A stretch of DNA of 64,000 nt from a virus. Under the pieces are notes generated by a model, which worked only from the letters and a program-made list of their open reading frames with translations, ran no database searches and had not been told where the DNA came from. How positions within the stretch are numbered: the stretch's first letter is position 1; each line of letters begins with the position of its first letter. The translations under genes were made by a program, and so were the position numbers. Where the stretch lies: positions 1 through 64,000 of IMG/VR virus record IMGVR_UViG_3300031707_000003; one strand, 5' to 3'. Below, piece after piece: positions 34,553 through 46,800 of this stretch.

Positions 34553-37500
34553 TGGCCAGAAGCCCGTTCTCAGGGACTTTCCAGCCGAACGCTCGTCCGA
34601 CGGTCGTGACGGCCCCGGATGCGTTGGTCTACATCAACGGCGAGGCGGAGGTCATCGGTTGCCCGCAGTGCAACCGCTTCTTCGACTTCAACAAATACAT
34701 CACGTCGGTCCAGGTCGATCTGAGCATCGACAGCGTTCCGGGCAGTGCCTCATTGAGTCTCTCGGTGCCGAGGCACACGATCGACGACTTCTACTTTGAC
34801 GGCAACCCCGTCATCACTCCCATGATGGAGGTCGAAATCTTCGCCAAGGGGTACTACCTCGTCGAAGGGCTCCCCCAGTACTACCCGATCTTTTGGGGCG
34901 TCGTTACGGAGGTCTCCGACGACTACTCCAGCGGCGAGCATACGGTCAGTATCCACTGCGCAGACATCCTGAAGTGGTGGGAACTGTGCAAGATGAACAT
35001 CAACCCTGCCTATACGGCGCCCAAGGGGCAGCAAGGGTCGAGCATCTTCGGCAACGTCTACTTCGGAATGAACCCCTACGACGTGATCTGGAGCCTCGCG
35101 CTCCAATCGTACGGGGACGTCCTGGTCGGCACCGGCTCGCTTGTTTCGCTCGTCAAAGAGCAAAGTCAACGGCCCACGTTCGACGCCGCCCTGTCCGATC
35201 TCATGCTGTACTGGGAGCAGCGCTTCTCGCGCGTCCGGTCGAATCTCCTCCTCTACGGAACGAACGGGGTTGCGGTTCGTGGTGATTCGCTCAACCAGGA
35301 ATACAGTCGTGTTGGGAACACCGGGACCGCCGAGAAGCCGAGCCATTTCGCTTCGGCCGCCGTGCGTAACGCCAATGGTGGTGCCGATGGCGGCCAGATG
35401 GTCTTCGACCCTACCGACCCCGGAGTGGTGGCGTTCCGTACGCAGTTCCAACAAGCGGGACAGATCAACCTTTGGCAGACGGAATACCAGACGAAGTTGG
35501 AGCTTGCGCATGCGGCGAAAGAAGCTGCCGGCTTCGAGTTCTACATGGACGTCGATGGTACGATCGTCTTCAAGCCGCCGTTCTACAACCTGGACATCCT
35601 CGCCAACAAGCCGGTGAGTTGGATCCAGGACATCGACATTATCGAATGGGGACTCTCCGAATCGGAGTCCGAGGTCGTCACGCAAGTCGTGATGCAGGGA
35701 TCCATGTACGGGGCCACGGATTACGGCCTCGATGAAAGCTTGACTCCGTTCACCTCGGTCACCGACTACCACTTGCTCCGGAAGTACGGCTGGCGTTCCC
35801 AGAATTACAACTCCGAGTTCCTCGGTGACCCCCAGCTCATGTTTTACCATGGGATGGATGTCATGGATCGCTTGAACGCGCGTCGGCACCGGGGGAACGT
35901 GACCATCCCTCTCCGTCCTGAGCTGCGTCTCGGGTTCCCTATCTACCTCGCCCCCAAAGATCAGATGTGGTACGTCTCGGGGATCTCGCACAACATCGCC
36001 TTTGGCGGTCGGGCGTCCACGACGCTCACGCTCACGGCAAAGCGGTCGAAGTTCATTGCACCCAAAGGCATCGGGACGATCAATCTGACCGGATTTAAGG
36101 GGACTACTCCATCTCCCGCCCAGATCAGCAAAAACGTCAAACTATCGTTCCCGTATACCTCAAAGCAACTCTCCAAGGGGGCTCAATTCAAGCTGAAAGT
36201 TGGAGGCGCGGCCACGCTCCCTCCGACTCAGGCTGCAATTGATGGTGCCTCTACGGGTGGAGACAACCCCTACGATCCTCTCGTCCTCCGGCACCCCAAA
36301 ACAGGACGCATCGTCGGATACCCCAACGTTGTCATGGCCTACACGCGGCCATTCGCCCCTGCGAATGAAGGTATCAAAGAAGCTGCCGGAGAGAAAACCA
36401 AACCAAACCCCCAAGCCTCTAAGGCATCGGCCGGTAGGGCCAAAGCTGTTGCCGCACAAGGTGAGGCAGAGCTAACCAGGTTCACGACGACGGCAACCGA
36501 CAGGCTCAAAGAGAAGCATTTGACGAATCGGTACCAGTACGGGTTGAACTCGGCTGGTGTGTACATCTACGCGCATGACAACTCGATGGATGGTGCGGGC
36601 GTCATCGGGGAGATCCTCACCCTTCCCACGGCGAACGTGACGATCGATCCACCGGACACGGCCAAGAACATCACCCTCCGGGGTAAGACCAGCATGATCC
36701 GTCCGGTGTCGGATGAGCGAGGCTTCGAGGTCATCGGTCACTTCCGCTATGGGCGCCGGGTCTCTCTCAGAGACGGGCGCCTCGTCCTCACGGGGAACGT
36801 CAACGACAAGACCAACATCGACCTGCAACTCGCTCTGTCCGGCGGCCTTTTTGAGACACTCGCGGCCCAATCGCAAGGGCTTACTACAATTCAATCAGCG
36901 TATCCGAACCCCGCGACGTCGTTGGCAACGCTTTCTCCTGAGGATCAACAGACGGCAGGTATCATCACGAACCCGGAGACTAAGGCGGTCAAGTTTACCG
37001 ACGTCGGTGACACCTTCGTCGATACGGCACCTCTGGGGTCGCCTGCTCAGAAGGGCACCGCTGCGAGCGTAGAGGCGGGGCAGCTCTCTCGTGCGCTCAC
37101 GCTCGCGGAGCTTACGATCAAAGAGGCGTACAGTCAGAAGCAAGGCGGTGATGACTGCCCCTGCGTGATCGGTCGGGCGGACTTGGCCTTCATCAACGTG
37201 GGCTACCAGGTGAAGATCCTCAACACGTCGTCCTCCGACACCACTGGCCTTTACGGCCAAAACTTCGTCAATTCAGAAGGGAAACCCCAAGAACTCGGAC
37301 CTATTACCGCAGGCGCGTCCCAATCACTGGACGGGACGATCTCTGGTACTCAAGCCGCTATTGAAATACTGGGCGATCAGCGTTCGGAAGCGATCCTACA
37401 AGCTTCTAAGGTATTCACGGACCCCAAGTCCACCAACGCTGACAAAATGAGGGCGGACAACGAGGTCAAGGACCTTCAACGTCGAATTGACTTGGCCCAA

Positions 37501-38100
37501 AAGGATAACACTGAGGCCAAAGCGAAGCGGAGTGCGTTGACGAGAGAGTCCACCACCAGTGGGACGGGGGGCCCCGCCGTGAAAAGGCCTGAGCTTCAAG
37601 ATCGGGTCGAGACATTCCTCACCGATCTCTACATGAAGCTCGATGGCCCTCATCAAACGTACGAGCACGCTATCCGTGGTGACCTTCGACCCGGCGGGGC
37701 TGGGCCCAACGGCACCAACCCCGATGTTGAGTTCGAACCGCCTGCACCATCGGAGTTTGCGCCTCCGTTTTCGGCTCCCGCTCGCTTTGCCGTCGGAGAC
37801 CCGAATGCCATCGCCCTTCAGGCGAGCACGGCAACCGACGATCTCTCCAAGGCCTGGAGTGACTTCGGGAGTAAGCTGAAGGGGAACGCGGAGAAGGCGG
37901 GGCTTAACCAAGAGATCGCGAACGACAAGAGAGACTTGACCCGTCTCCAGAAACAGCGAGCTGAGTTGCAAGCATCGGTTGATGCCCACTCGGCAGTCAT
38001 CCCGAGTCCGCAGAGTCGGATCAACGCACTCGACGCTGACATCCGACGGTTGCAGCAGGAGATCGCCAACGATCAGGCGAAGCTGAACACTATTAAGTAA
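34552..38100 (+). CDS. Baseplate hub protein (T4 gp27/VgrG-like) with long C-terminal extension
   Basis: ITSVQVDLSID, FWGVVTEVSD..VSIHCAD, FEFYMDVDGTIVFKPPFYN, RPELRLGFPIY..WYVSGISH; coiled-coil C-terminus. Confidence 0.7.
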   Translation: MARSPFSGTFQPNARPTVVTAPDALVYINGEAEVIGCPQCNRFFDFNKYITSVQVDLSIDSVPGSASLSLSVPRHTIDDFYFDGNPVITPMMEVEIFAKGYYLVEGLPQYYPIFWGVVTEVSDDYSSGEHTVSIHCADILKWWELCKMNINPAYTAPKGQQGSSIFGNVYFGMNPYDVIWSLALQSYGDVLVGTGSLVSLVKEQSQRPTFDAALSDLMLYWEQRFSRVRSNLLLYGTNGVAVRGDSLNQEYSRVGNTGTAEKPSHFASAAVRNANGGADGGQMVFDPTDPGVVAFRTQFQQAGQINLWQTEYQTKLELAHAAKEAAGFEFYMDVDGTIVFKPPFYNLDILANKPVSWIQDIDIIEWGLSESESEVVTQVVMQGSMYGATDYGLDESLTPFTSVTDYHLLRKYGWRSQNYNSEFLGDPQLMFYHGMDVMDRLNARRHRGNVTIPLRPELRLGFPIYLAPKDQMWYVSGISHNIAFGGRASTTLTLTAKRSKFIAPKGIGTINLTGFKGTTPSPAQISKNVKLSFPYTSKQLSKGAQFKLKVGGAATLPPTQAAIDGASTGGDNPYDPLVLRHPKTGRIVGYPNVVMAYTRPFAPANEGIKEAAGEKTKPNPQASKASAGRAKAVAAQGEAELTRFTTTATDRLKEKHLTNRYQYGLNSAGVYIYAHDNSMDGAGVIGEILTLPTANVTIDPPDTAKNITLRGKTSMIRPVSDERGFEVIGHFRYGRRVSLRDGRLVLTGNVNDKTNIDLQLALSGGLFETLAAQSQGLTTIQSAYPNPATSLATLSPEDQQTAGIITNPETKAVKFTDVGDTFVDTAPLGSPAQKGTAASVEAGQLSRALTLAELTIKEAYSQKQGGDDCPCVIGRADLAFINVGYQVKILNTSSSDTTGLYGQNFVNSEGKPQELGPITAGASQSLDGTISGTQAAIEILGDQRSEAILQASKVFTDPKSTNADKMRADNEVKDLQRRIDLAQKDNTEAKAKRSALTRESTTSGTGGPAVKRPELQDRVETFLTDLYMKLDGPHQTYEHAIRGDLRPGGAGPNGTNPDVEFEPPAPSEFAPPFSAPARFAVGDPNAIALQASTATDDLSKAWSDFGSKLKGNAEKAGLNQEIANDKRDLTRLQKQRAELQASVDAHSAVIPSPQSRINALDADIRRLQQEIANDQAKLNTIK

Positions 38101-38110
38101 CCGAGGCGCA

Positions 38111-40282
38111 ATGAACAGCGGCATCCCCAAGTACGCCTCCGGGCATCATATCGGCAAAGAGTTCGTTGCCGGGGGGGATCCTTATGGCCTGAAGATAGGG
38201 CTCATCACACGCGTCGATGAGCTGATGATGAAGGCGGACGTGAAGATCATCACCGGCGGTGGTGGTGACCGCCACGAGATCGATCTCACCCAGGCGATGA
38301 CGGGCCCCCGTAGCTTTTGGGGGGGCATACCTGAAGTCAACTCGGTGGTCATCATCGGGTACCGTCGAAGGCACAAGAATCTCCACGAGGCGGTGATCCT
38401 CGGTTACCTCCCTGTCGGCAACCGCATTGCGCTCAAGTTTGATCCTCTCACCCCGGACGACCCCACCAACGTCGACGCTGAGGACAAGGAACTCTTCGAG
38501 GCGATCTTCGGCGGGACGATCCGTTACAAGCGACTGAAGATCCGTCCTGGCAACGTCGGTGGGATGTCCTCGGAGGGGTCGGAGCTAGTGCTCTCCAAGG
38601 ACATCCGCATGGTTAATCGTGCGGGCGACCTCTTCGAGCTTCGAGACGCTGAGCGGGCGATCGTCGCGCAGTCGATCCACCGGGTTGAGAACGAGGCGGG
38701 TGTCCTTCGCCTCTCTGGTCCTGTTCGCCGAGGCGGGCTCTTCCTTCCCTCCGACATCTTCCGCAAGGATGGCGTGACCCTCAAGGATGCGGCGGCCCCC
38801 GAACGCTACTTCGGGCGAACGATCCTCAAACGCTTCACGAACGCGTCGGCTCAAGTCCTCAACGTTTTCAACGACACAACGTCCTTCCCGCCTGTCACGT
38901 ACTCGAACGGGAGGCGGGTTTCGTACCCAGTCACAACACCCGCTGTGAATTTCGAGGACCCGGACACGGGGGGTGGCTCCGAGCCCTTTACCGAGTGGCG
39001 CATGGAGATGCTCCACTCGACCGATTGCGTTCAGGAGGTCCGCGAAGAAATCGACGGGCTGCTGATGGACCGCAAGCCGCTCTACATCGAGCACGTCATG
39101 GGCACGGTCGTCGGTAACGACACGTCGAACGAGACGGGGCTGAGGCAATACGGCAAGGTCCTACGTCCCAAGGTCTTCGATGACTTTGAATCGACCCGTC
39201 CCGGCATCTTCGCTCTCGAAGAATGTCCACGTGCTCCGACGGACGATCTCGAATCGACCACGACGGCGGGTGCCTACCTATTTCGTATGAACCCCCCACC
39301 TCAAGTCGGTGGCGCTACGGACAACAGCGTTTTCGCGGTGGCGGTCTCGAAACAGGGGAAGCTCTTCGTCAACATCCCTGGGTCGAGGGTCGAGCGTTAC
39401 CCCTCAGGGACCAAGAACGTCTCCGCTGAAGTGAACATGGATGGCGCCCTGAAAATGCGCTGTGGGGCCGCTACCCCGGATGGCATCGCGCTTCACCTCA
39501 CGCTTGAAGGTGGCGCGGTCTTTGACTTCCGTGGCGGTGCTGCGGGTAAGGGCTTGGAATTCCGAAGCCACTCATCGATGAACTTCTCTACCGTCGGTCC
39601 TCAGGACACGGAGAGTGATGGCTTCGCGTGGACCGAGGACCACCAGGGCAACAAGTACGTCGCGACCTCGGGTGACATCGTTCAGAACGTCGGCGGCGGT
39701 AAGGCCACAACGGTCAACGGATCGTACGCCATTATGAGTGATCGCTGGAACTTGAACGCTCACTCGGGCGCCTCTCAAAACGTTGGGCAGATGGACTTCA
39801 TGTGCTCGGGCAAGAGCCAGTACCAGTACGCCTTGGCCGTCCTGGAGACCATCGTGTTGGGCGGAAAAGTCTCGACGATTCTTGCGGGAGGCCTGATCGA
39901 GAATCTCCTCGCGGGGGCACGTTCGATCGTCGTGGCAGCCGGGGCGATGTCTACAGCAGTTGCGGCTGGAGGTTACGCGGTCACGGTTGGAGCCGGTGGC
40001 ATCACGATGACGGCTGGGGCCGGAGCCGTGGCTATCACTGCCGGGGCCGGCGCAGTCGCCATCACGGGGGGCCTTGCTGTTGCAATCACGGCAGGTCTTG
40101 CGATCAACCTGACGTCTCCCGTAGCGGTCATCCTGACCTCTCTTCAGGTGCTTGTTGGCGGGCCTGCTGCCGTCCTTGGTGTAGCTCGGGGAGCCCCGAT
40201 AATGCCTCCTGGTACGCCAAGCTTGTGTTGGATCACTGCCCTCCCCCTTATGGGCTCTGCCACCTTCCGAAGTCTACTTTAA
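38111..40282 (+). CDS. Baseplate central spike (gp5/gpV-like)
   Basis: N-terminal OB-fold pattern GLITRVD..ADVKI..GGIPEVNSVVIIGY; C-terminal 8-9 aa beta-helix-type repeats (AGAGAVAIT). Confidence 0.7.
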   Translation: MNSGIPKYASGHHIGKEFVAGGDPYGLKIGLITRVDELMMKADVKIITGGGGDRHEIDLTQAMTGPRSFWGGIPEVNSVVIIGYRRRHKNLHEAVILGYLPVGNRIALKFDPLTPDDPTNVDAEDKELFEAIFGGTIRYKRLKIRPGNVGGMSSEGSELVLSKDIRMVNRAGDLFELRDAERAIVAQSIHRVENEAGVLRLSGPVRRGGLFLPSDIFRKDGVTLKDAAAPERYFGRTILKRFTNASAQVLNVFNDTTSFPPVTYSNGRRVSYPVTTPAVNFEDPDTGGGSEPFTEWRMEMLHSTDCVQEVREEIDGLLMDRKPLYIEHVMGTVVGNDTSNETGLRQYGKVLRPKVFDDFESTRPGIFALEECPRAPTDDLESTTTAGAYLFRMNPPPQVGGATDNSVFAVAVSKQGKLFVNIPGSRVERYPSGTKNVSAEVNMDGALKMRCGAATPDGIALHLTLEGGAVFDFRGGAAGKGLEFRSHSSMNFSTVGPQDTESDGFAWTEDHQGNKYVATSGDIVQNVGGGKATTVNGSYAIMSDRWNLNAHSGASQNVGQMDFMCSGKSQYQYALAVLETIVLGGKVSTILAGGLIENLLAGARSIVVAAGAMSTAVAAGGYAVTVGAGGITMTAGAGAVAITAGAGAVAITGGLAVAITAGLAINLTSPVAVILTSLQVLVGGPAAVLGVARGAPIMPPGTPSLCWITALPLMGSATFRSLL

Positions 40283-40295
40283 CTTCGCACGCCTG

Positions 40296-40871
40296 ATGCC
40301 CCTCAATCCTTCAGCTCTTACGCCGCTTATCGCGGTCAACCTCATCTCGACGCTTCAAATTGGGACCGGGATGCCCAAACTCGCGCTCGGTATCGCGACG
40401 GGTGTGTGCACCTTTTTCGGCACGTTCGCGAAGGTCACCTCGATCGATACAGGTTCCCTTGGGGCTGGGAACACGACCGCACCCCTCATCGTGCCGCCTC
40501 CACTGCTGTACTCGTCGATCCTCGTGGGTTACGCCTCGATGGGCATTCTCGGGCCAATGGCACCGCTGAATGCGCTTGGTGTAGCCAACGGGATTGCCGC
40601 CGGACTCGCTGCTCTCGCTATCGTGCAAGTCGTTCATCCGGGCATCGGGCTTGGGACCGGGCTCATGCGTGTCGTAGGTAGCTCGGCTGTTCCTGCGATG
40701 ATCGCAGGATTCGCCACTGTACAGATGGTTAACGACGGCTCGATTAAGCTTGCTTCAGCGATCGGCATCGGGCTCGACATCGTTTTTCAGAGTTTCGTTA
40801 TGCCTATACCTATTGTCGGGTCCGCTTCTCCGGCCGGCGGAGCTGGGGTCGGTTTCGGGTTCGTCATATGA
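40296..40871 (+). CDS. Hydrophobic Gly/Ala-rich protein next to the spike
   Basis: Almost no charged residues; three similar blocks (LALGIATG, NALGVANG, LASAIGIG). Confidence 0.65.
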   Translation: MPLNPSALTPLIAVNLISTLQIGTGMPKLALGIATGVCTFFGTFAKVTSIDTGSLGAGNTTAPLIVPPPLLYSSILVGYASMGILGPMAPLNALGVANGIAAGLAALAIVQVVHPGIGLGTGLMRVVGSSAVPAMIAGFATVQMVNDGSIKLASAIGIGLDIVFQSFVMPIPIVGSASPAGGAGVGFGFVI

Positions 40872-40886
40872 GATTGGATTGATCGG

Positions 40887-43800
40887 ATGGGATTCAGCAT
40901 TCGCGGCTACGTGTTGGAGCCCCCGCGTGTGGGGCAGTCAAACTCGCCTTTCACGAGTTCTCCGGCCAATTTCATCTCCGACCCCGTCGCGTTCGGGATC
41001 GCGTACCCCAACACCGAAGCCAATCCTCGTGCTGATTACCTCACCCTCGTCACCAACGAGGGCGTGGGGGGTCTTCTTCGGAACGCCTCGTTTGGCTGGA
41101 CGAAGAACGAGGTGGTCCGTCGCTTCGACTACGCCAGCCGGGACGGCCGCTTCAAGCCCCTTCCAGGCGGCACCATCGTCACAGCGGGCCCTATCGGCCC
41201 CAACTCGAACACCCAACGTCTGAAGGCTGTCCCAGCTCCTCTGCAAGCCCTTGCAGACGCCCCCTTCCGGCTTTCTATCGGGACCGTTGGGAGCGGTAAC
41301 ACCCAGACCGTTGTTCTTGTGCTCAACGATGGGGCTTTCGGAGCACCTCCGGCGGGCACGACGGAGTTGTCGCTAGCGACAGGGAACCTCAACTGGAACC
41401 CCTCAGACCTGGTGGCGTACGACGGCCAGGTGCTCCGGTACCAGCAGCAAGCGTACTTCGACTACGACAAATCCACCGGGGACATCGGGCTCATCAACGC
41501 CCCGGTCCTTCTCCTCAACCCCATTCCGGGGACAGGTCAATTCCCTCTCATCCGCATCGGATTCAGCCTCTACCTCACACCCATTGAGAGGCCGAACGAG
41601 GCGGGGTTCTCCCCTGACCCGGCAGCCGGGACGGTCGAGTGGGCCCTCAACACGGGCCGGCTCAAGTTCCACTCCGCAGACATTGCGGCCCACCTCGGGT
41701 TCCCGATCTACTACGACGGCACCCTCTTCGCGATTGCTCTTCAACTACCTCGGCAGAGCATCGGGCTGATCGACGCTCCTACGCCCATCGTGGGACTCCC
41801 TCCCGATGGTGGGGACATCATCTTCGACCTTCCATCGCACGTTCCCTACGTGCAGTTCGCCCAGGTTGTGCGGACCACAACCTTCGATGCGGTCGGTAAG
41901 GCGAACGAGGTCCAGGTGAACCCTGGTACGGGGGCGGTTCAGTTCTCCGTTTCGGATCGGGCCATCTACACAGGCTCACCTGTCGAGGTGGTCTTTGGCG
42001 ATCTCGTGATCGATCACGGCGTCTCTATCAGGCTCTTCCGAACGCCGGTCAACCTCGACGCCAGCAGCACGACCAAAGACGTCACGACGATCTACGCAGT
42101 CCAGAACGCCGTGTGGGCGAGCCCTATCATCGGTTCACCTCAGGTCTTCCTACCCTCGGTTCCCATCGATGCCCTGGCCTACCCGCTTACAGTGAGCGTC
42201 GTCCAAGGGACGGGCAGTTTCACGGGCACGCTCAATCGCCTCGATGTGCCTGGACCCCCACCGGGCCTGGGCTACTTCATCGACTTCGACGCTCGAACGT
42301 TCCACTACGCTCAGCGGAAGAACCAAACTCTCATCCCCCTCCTCCAGTCATCGGGGACGGTGGCACTCCCTGACCCCCTCGTCCTCCCTGGAAATGTCGT
42401 CCTAGAGCTGGAGACGGGGACCGGCACGGGGATCTACAACCCTCTCACTATCGGGACAGACGTTCTCCTTGATCCCACCCCTGGGCTCGCCACCTTCACG
42501 ACAACCCAAGGCCTCACCATCGCCACCGGGGCCACCGCCTCGTTCTCTGGCCTGACCTTCACGGACGCGGCAGGGGGCTTTGTGGCTGCCGGGGTTCAGC
42601 CTGGAGACTTCATCGTCATCTCCAGCTCGGCTGCCAAGGGCGTCTACACGGTCGCAGCGGTCGTTTCCCCGACGCAGCTCACAACGGACGTTGTGGCGCA
42701 GACCCCGAGCCTGACGGGCCCTCCAGCGCCGGTATCGGTCACTAACGCCGCGTACACCATCGAGAGAGGCAAAGAGATCCTAGCGGATCGCTTCTTCCAA
42801 GAGGTGGTGCTCATCGACCCGAGTACGATGCTCGAACGCATCCGTGGGATCGGCGTCATCCAGAACGCTACGGTCATCGTCGCTACCCAGAACGCGACTT
42901 TCCCGGACTTCCTCACACTCTCAGATCCGCTGACCAACTTCATCACGTCAGGCGTCCAGGTTGGCGACACGATCCTCCTCAACTCGGGTCCCGACACGGG
43001 TACGACTCGAACGGTCACGTTCGTTGAGCAGAACAAGCTGACGGTCGCCTCGAACCTCCCGTTCGCGTTCCTCACGGCAGCGACGTACTCGATCACTCGC
43101 CGCCTCCGCATCCCGATCTCCTCGATTGGGACTTCCCGGTTTCGCTTTGGGTTGAATACGCTATCTACGTCGGTGAACCCGGTCCCGAACGACAGCTCGT
43201 TCACCAACCCCGTCACCCTTCTGTCCGGCATTGTCGAGGTAAGCCAAGTCACCGGCAACCTCAACTTCAGCAACGCAGACATCGTTCCTGCGCTCCAAAT
43301 CTACTGGATCCGCAAGCTCACGCCTCGAATCGACTACAAGCTCTCCCCACAGCTCGGCCTCATTCAGTTCACGGACCGGATGCTCTCGTTCGAGGAGGTT
43401 CTCGTCACTTACACACCGGCCCCTCCGGTGACGACACCCCCAACGCCAGCCGGACCCCTCGTACAAGAGAGGGCAACGTTCCTCGTCCGTAAAGAGCAGA
43501 GCCAACCACACCCGACACCCACAAATACAGTTAGCTTCAACCCAACGGGGCGTACGGTCGCGGACAACCCGCCTCCGGCTGTGTTCAGAGGAGGACGACC
43601 GCAGCAAACCGGGGTCCAATGCAACGTGGATCTCGCTGCTTTCACGGTAACGTTCCTTCCTGACGCTCAGGTCACCGACGTTATCCCGCACGGGGCGATC
43701 ATCGGGCCGAGCGAGCGCGTTCTCGTGGACTACTTCGTCTTCGAAGCTCTTGGCGGAGAGAAGACGACAACGATTCTTCAACCCCCGATGCTGACAGCTC

Positions 43801-46800
43801 TCGTCAACATCACCGAGGGCGACAACTTCTTCGTCGTTCATGGGGACCAGACCACCAACTTCCCGGCTGGCTTTCTCATGCGGATCGAGCAGGAGGAGGT
43901 CTATCTCATCGGTGCATCTTCGTACGATGTGGGAGCCGATCTAACGACCGTCACGCTCTTTGGGGCGCAGACGTTCCAGAATTCGTACTCGGATCCCAAG
44001 ATTTTCGTCTCGTCAGGACCGACGCGGCTCACGAGCTTTCTCTTCTTCCCGGCCTATTTCACTCCCGAGTTACAGGCTTACGACCCCGTTGCGAGGGGGA
44101 TGAACAAGATTTTCGTCTTCGGAGACCGGACGTCTTCGTACCGCTCTGGGGTGACGGTCTACTTCACGGATGGTACCTCCTCGTTCTCTGACTTCATTCA
44201 GGTGACGGGGGCCCAATTCCATGCGGACACGGGTAAGACTGAGGTGACCCTTGCGGCGAACGCACTTCGCCAATACATGCACGGGCCCCAAATCCTCCAG
44301 TACACGGTTCGTCCTATCTTCGAGGAAGGGACGACGACGGCCTTGACGAGCAAGGCGCCTGTTCTCACCCAACCCTATTCGCTGTTCCGACGGGCAGAGG
44401 GTGAGGCGGGTATCCTGCTCTTGGCCCCTACGGACTACCAGATCGACGACGCGGGTGCCGTCAAGTACACCCCAGCCTTGCGGCCCAAAGAAGAGGTGTC
44501 GATCTTCTACACGGGTCATCGAATCGTGGGTGCAGGCCCTCGTGTCAGGGCTTCGTACACATTCTCGATTGCCCCCACGGCAGCGAATGGCTTGGAAGGC
44601 CAAATCCTCCAAGCCAACTACTACGTCTTCTCGCCGGACAACTTCTACTACCGGGTTGAGACTCTCACCAACTTCAAGGGGGAGGTGGCCCAAGAGATCC
44701 AGGCGGCAGCTCAAGCGGGCTCTCCGTCAAGCGGCCCGCAGACGTCGAACTCGTCTTCGCCTCAGCTCTTCCAACAGGGTCGGGAATCCGTCTTCTTCCC
44801 TGAGGGTCATCTCGCCAACCAGGATCTCGTTGCTCGCGGAAGCCTCAAGTTCTTCAACGATGCGGTCAACTACCTCGAAGACGCCCTCCATGCGCTCGAT
44901 GGGCGTGTCGTGGGTGGTAACAACGGCCGGTTCCTGTTCGACGGCAACATCACCAACCCTGTTCGTCCGAACCCGGCGGCGGTGACCAATCAGATCGACG
45001 ACAAGCTGGTCGTCTCCCCCTTCCCGCTCCCTTCGGGCACGACCCAAGCCATCTACCTCCAAGGCCCGTACAGCCGGTTCTTCAAGAACCTTCGCGACCT
45101 CTTCGCGACCTCTCCGGCTATGGTCTCGGGTAGTACGGGGGATGGGGATGCCATCGCGAAGGCGACATTCAACAACCTCTCGTCTCTCCCCACTGTCGCC
45201 TTCAAGCGGACGCCCAGGGCTCAGATCCAGTTCGACTACCCCTACGGTACGACCACCTTCACCGTCGACAACGCCAACGGCACGAACGACGCCCTCCAGC
45301 GTCCCTCGTTCGTCAACCAGATGCGTGTCGTCATCGAGGATCCCCAGGGACGCTTCTTCGTCCTCGACTCGGATACAGCCACCGTCTCCAGCTTCACCGC
45401 GACGACAGTGACAATCAGCGTGGGGGCGCACTCCCCGACACCGGGTCCTGATCCCGGTTTCCTTCCGGCCGGGTCGACGATCTACCTTTCCCCGAGCGAC
45501 GCGAACACCTCGTTGGAGAAGGGTGACTACCCTCCTGCCGCCGGCACGAATGGCGCGTACATGATGCAGTACCGCTTCGGCCACGACTTGGACTTCAACC
45601 TCTCGACGGGTGAGTTTCTCTTCTCAGAAAGAAGCTTCCCATACAACGGGATCCTCTCAATTCTTCCCCCGTTGGTACGGCCCTTCGGCCCCTTCTTCGA
45701 TACCTTCCCAGTCCAAAACGGGGACATCCTCCAAGTCTTTGGGGCAGGGTTGAACATCAGCGCTACCGCACCCGACAAGTTCCCCGCTCTCTACGGGGGG
45801 ACGACGAATGATGATAGGGATCAAGCGCTCCCCATTGTCGGCCCGACGTTTGACGGGGAGTTGACGGCGGCAGGCGGCGGCCCCCTCAATGTGGAGATCA
45901 CAGCGGAGCAGCCCGTGACGGGTACGATCCGTCTCGCAACAACGGCCCCCTACTTGGGGACGGGGTCTCTCGACGTCACCACGACCATTATCACCGATGC
46001 AAACCCCTCTTTCCCCGCTCCACTCCCTCAAGTCCACGACCTTGTACGTATCCTGACAGGGCTCAATGGGGCCACGGAGTTCCGACGCATCACAGTAGTT
46101 GGCGTCAACACGATCACGGTCGACTCACCTTTCGTGGTTCAGGATGCCGGGTTCAGCTACACGATCGCTGTCAGCTCAACGACTGTGACGGGTACCGCTA
46201 CTTTGGCGGGCACAACCCTCACGGATGCCCTCGCCCTCTTCACGACGACTGCGCAGATTGGCTGGACTGTTGTGATGACAAGCGGGCCTAACATCGCGGA
46301 ACGCCGGCAAATCGTTACGGTGGTCTCGAATACCCAACTCACGCTAGACTCCGCTTTTTCGAGTCCCGTCATCGGTGGCACGTACAGGATCGACAATCCC
46401 CTCGACACATACGGTGGTCCGCTGACCATCCTTGCCGCGATCTCCTCAGCGGTGGCGACCGAGCTGGCAACCATCAACACGAACCCCAATTCTGAGCAGG
46501 CGGCCCTCCTCGCCTTCCTTGCCACGATCTTCACGACCATCGTGTCGAGTGTGAATGGGTCGGTTACGGTCCTCACTCAGCTCACGGACATCACCGCGAA
46601 CTACATCACCTCTGGGGTGAACACTTCTCATCTCGTCTACATCCAGACGGGAACGAACGCAGGGATTTACTCCATCGCGAGCGTGGACTCCCCAACGCAG
46701 ATCACCGTTCAGACGCCATTCCCAGTAGCCGGAGCCGGAATCACCTACCAGATCGTGAGCTACTTCGGGGCGGGTCTCATGACCTTCCAGGACATCTTCA

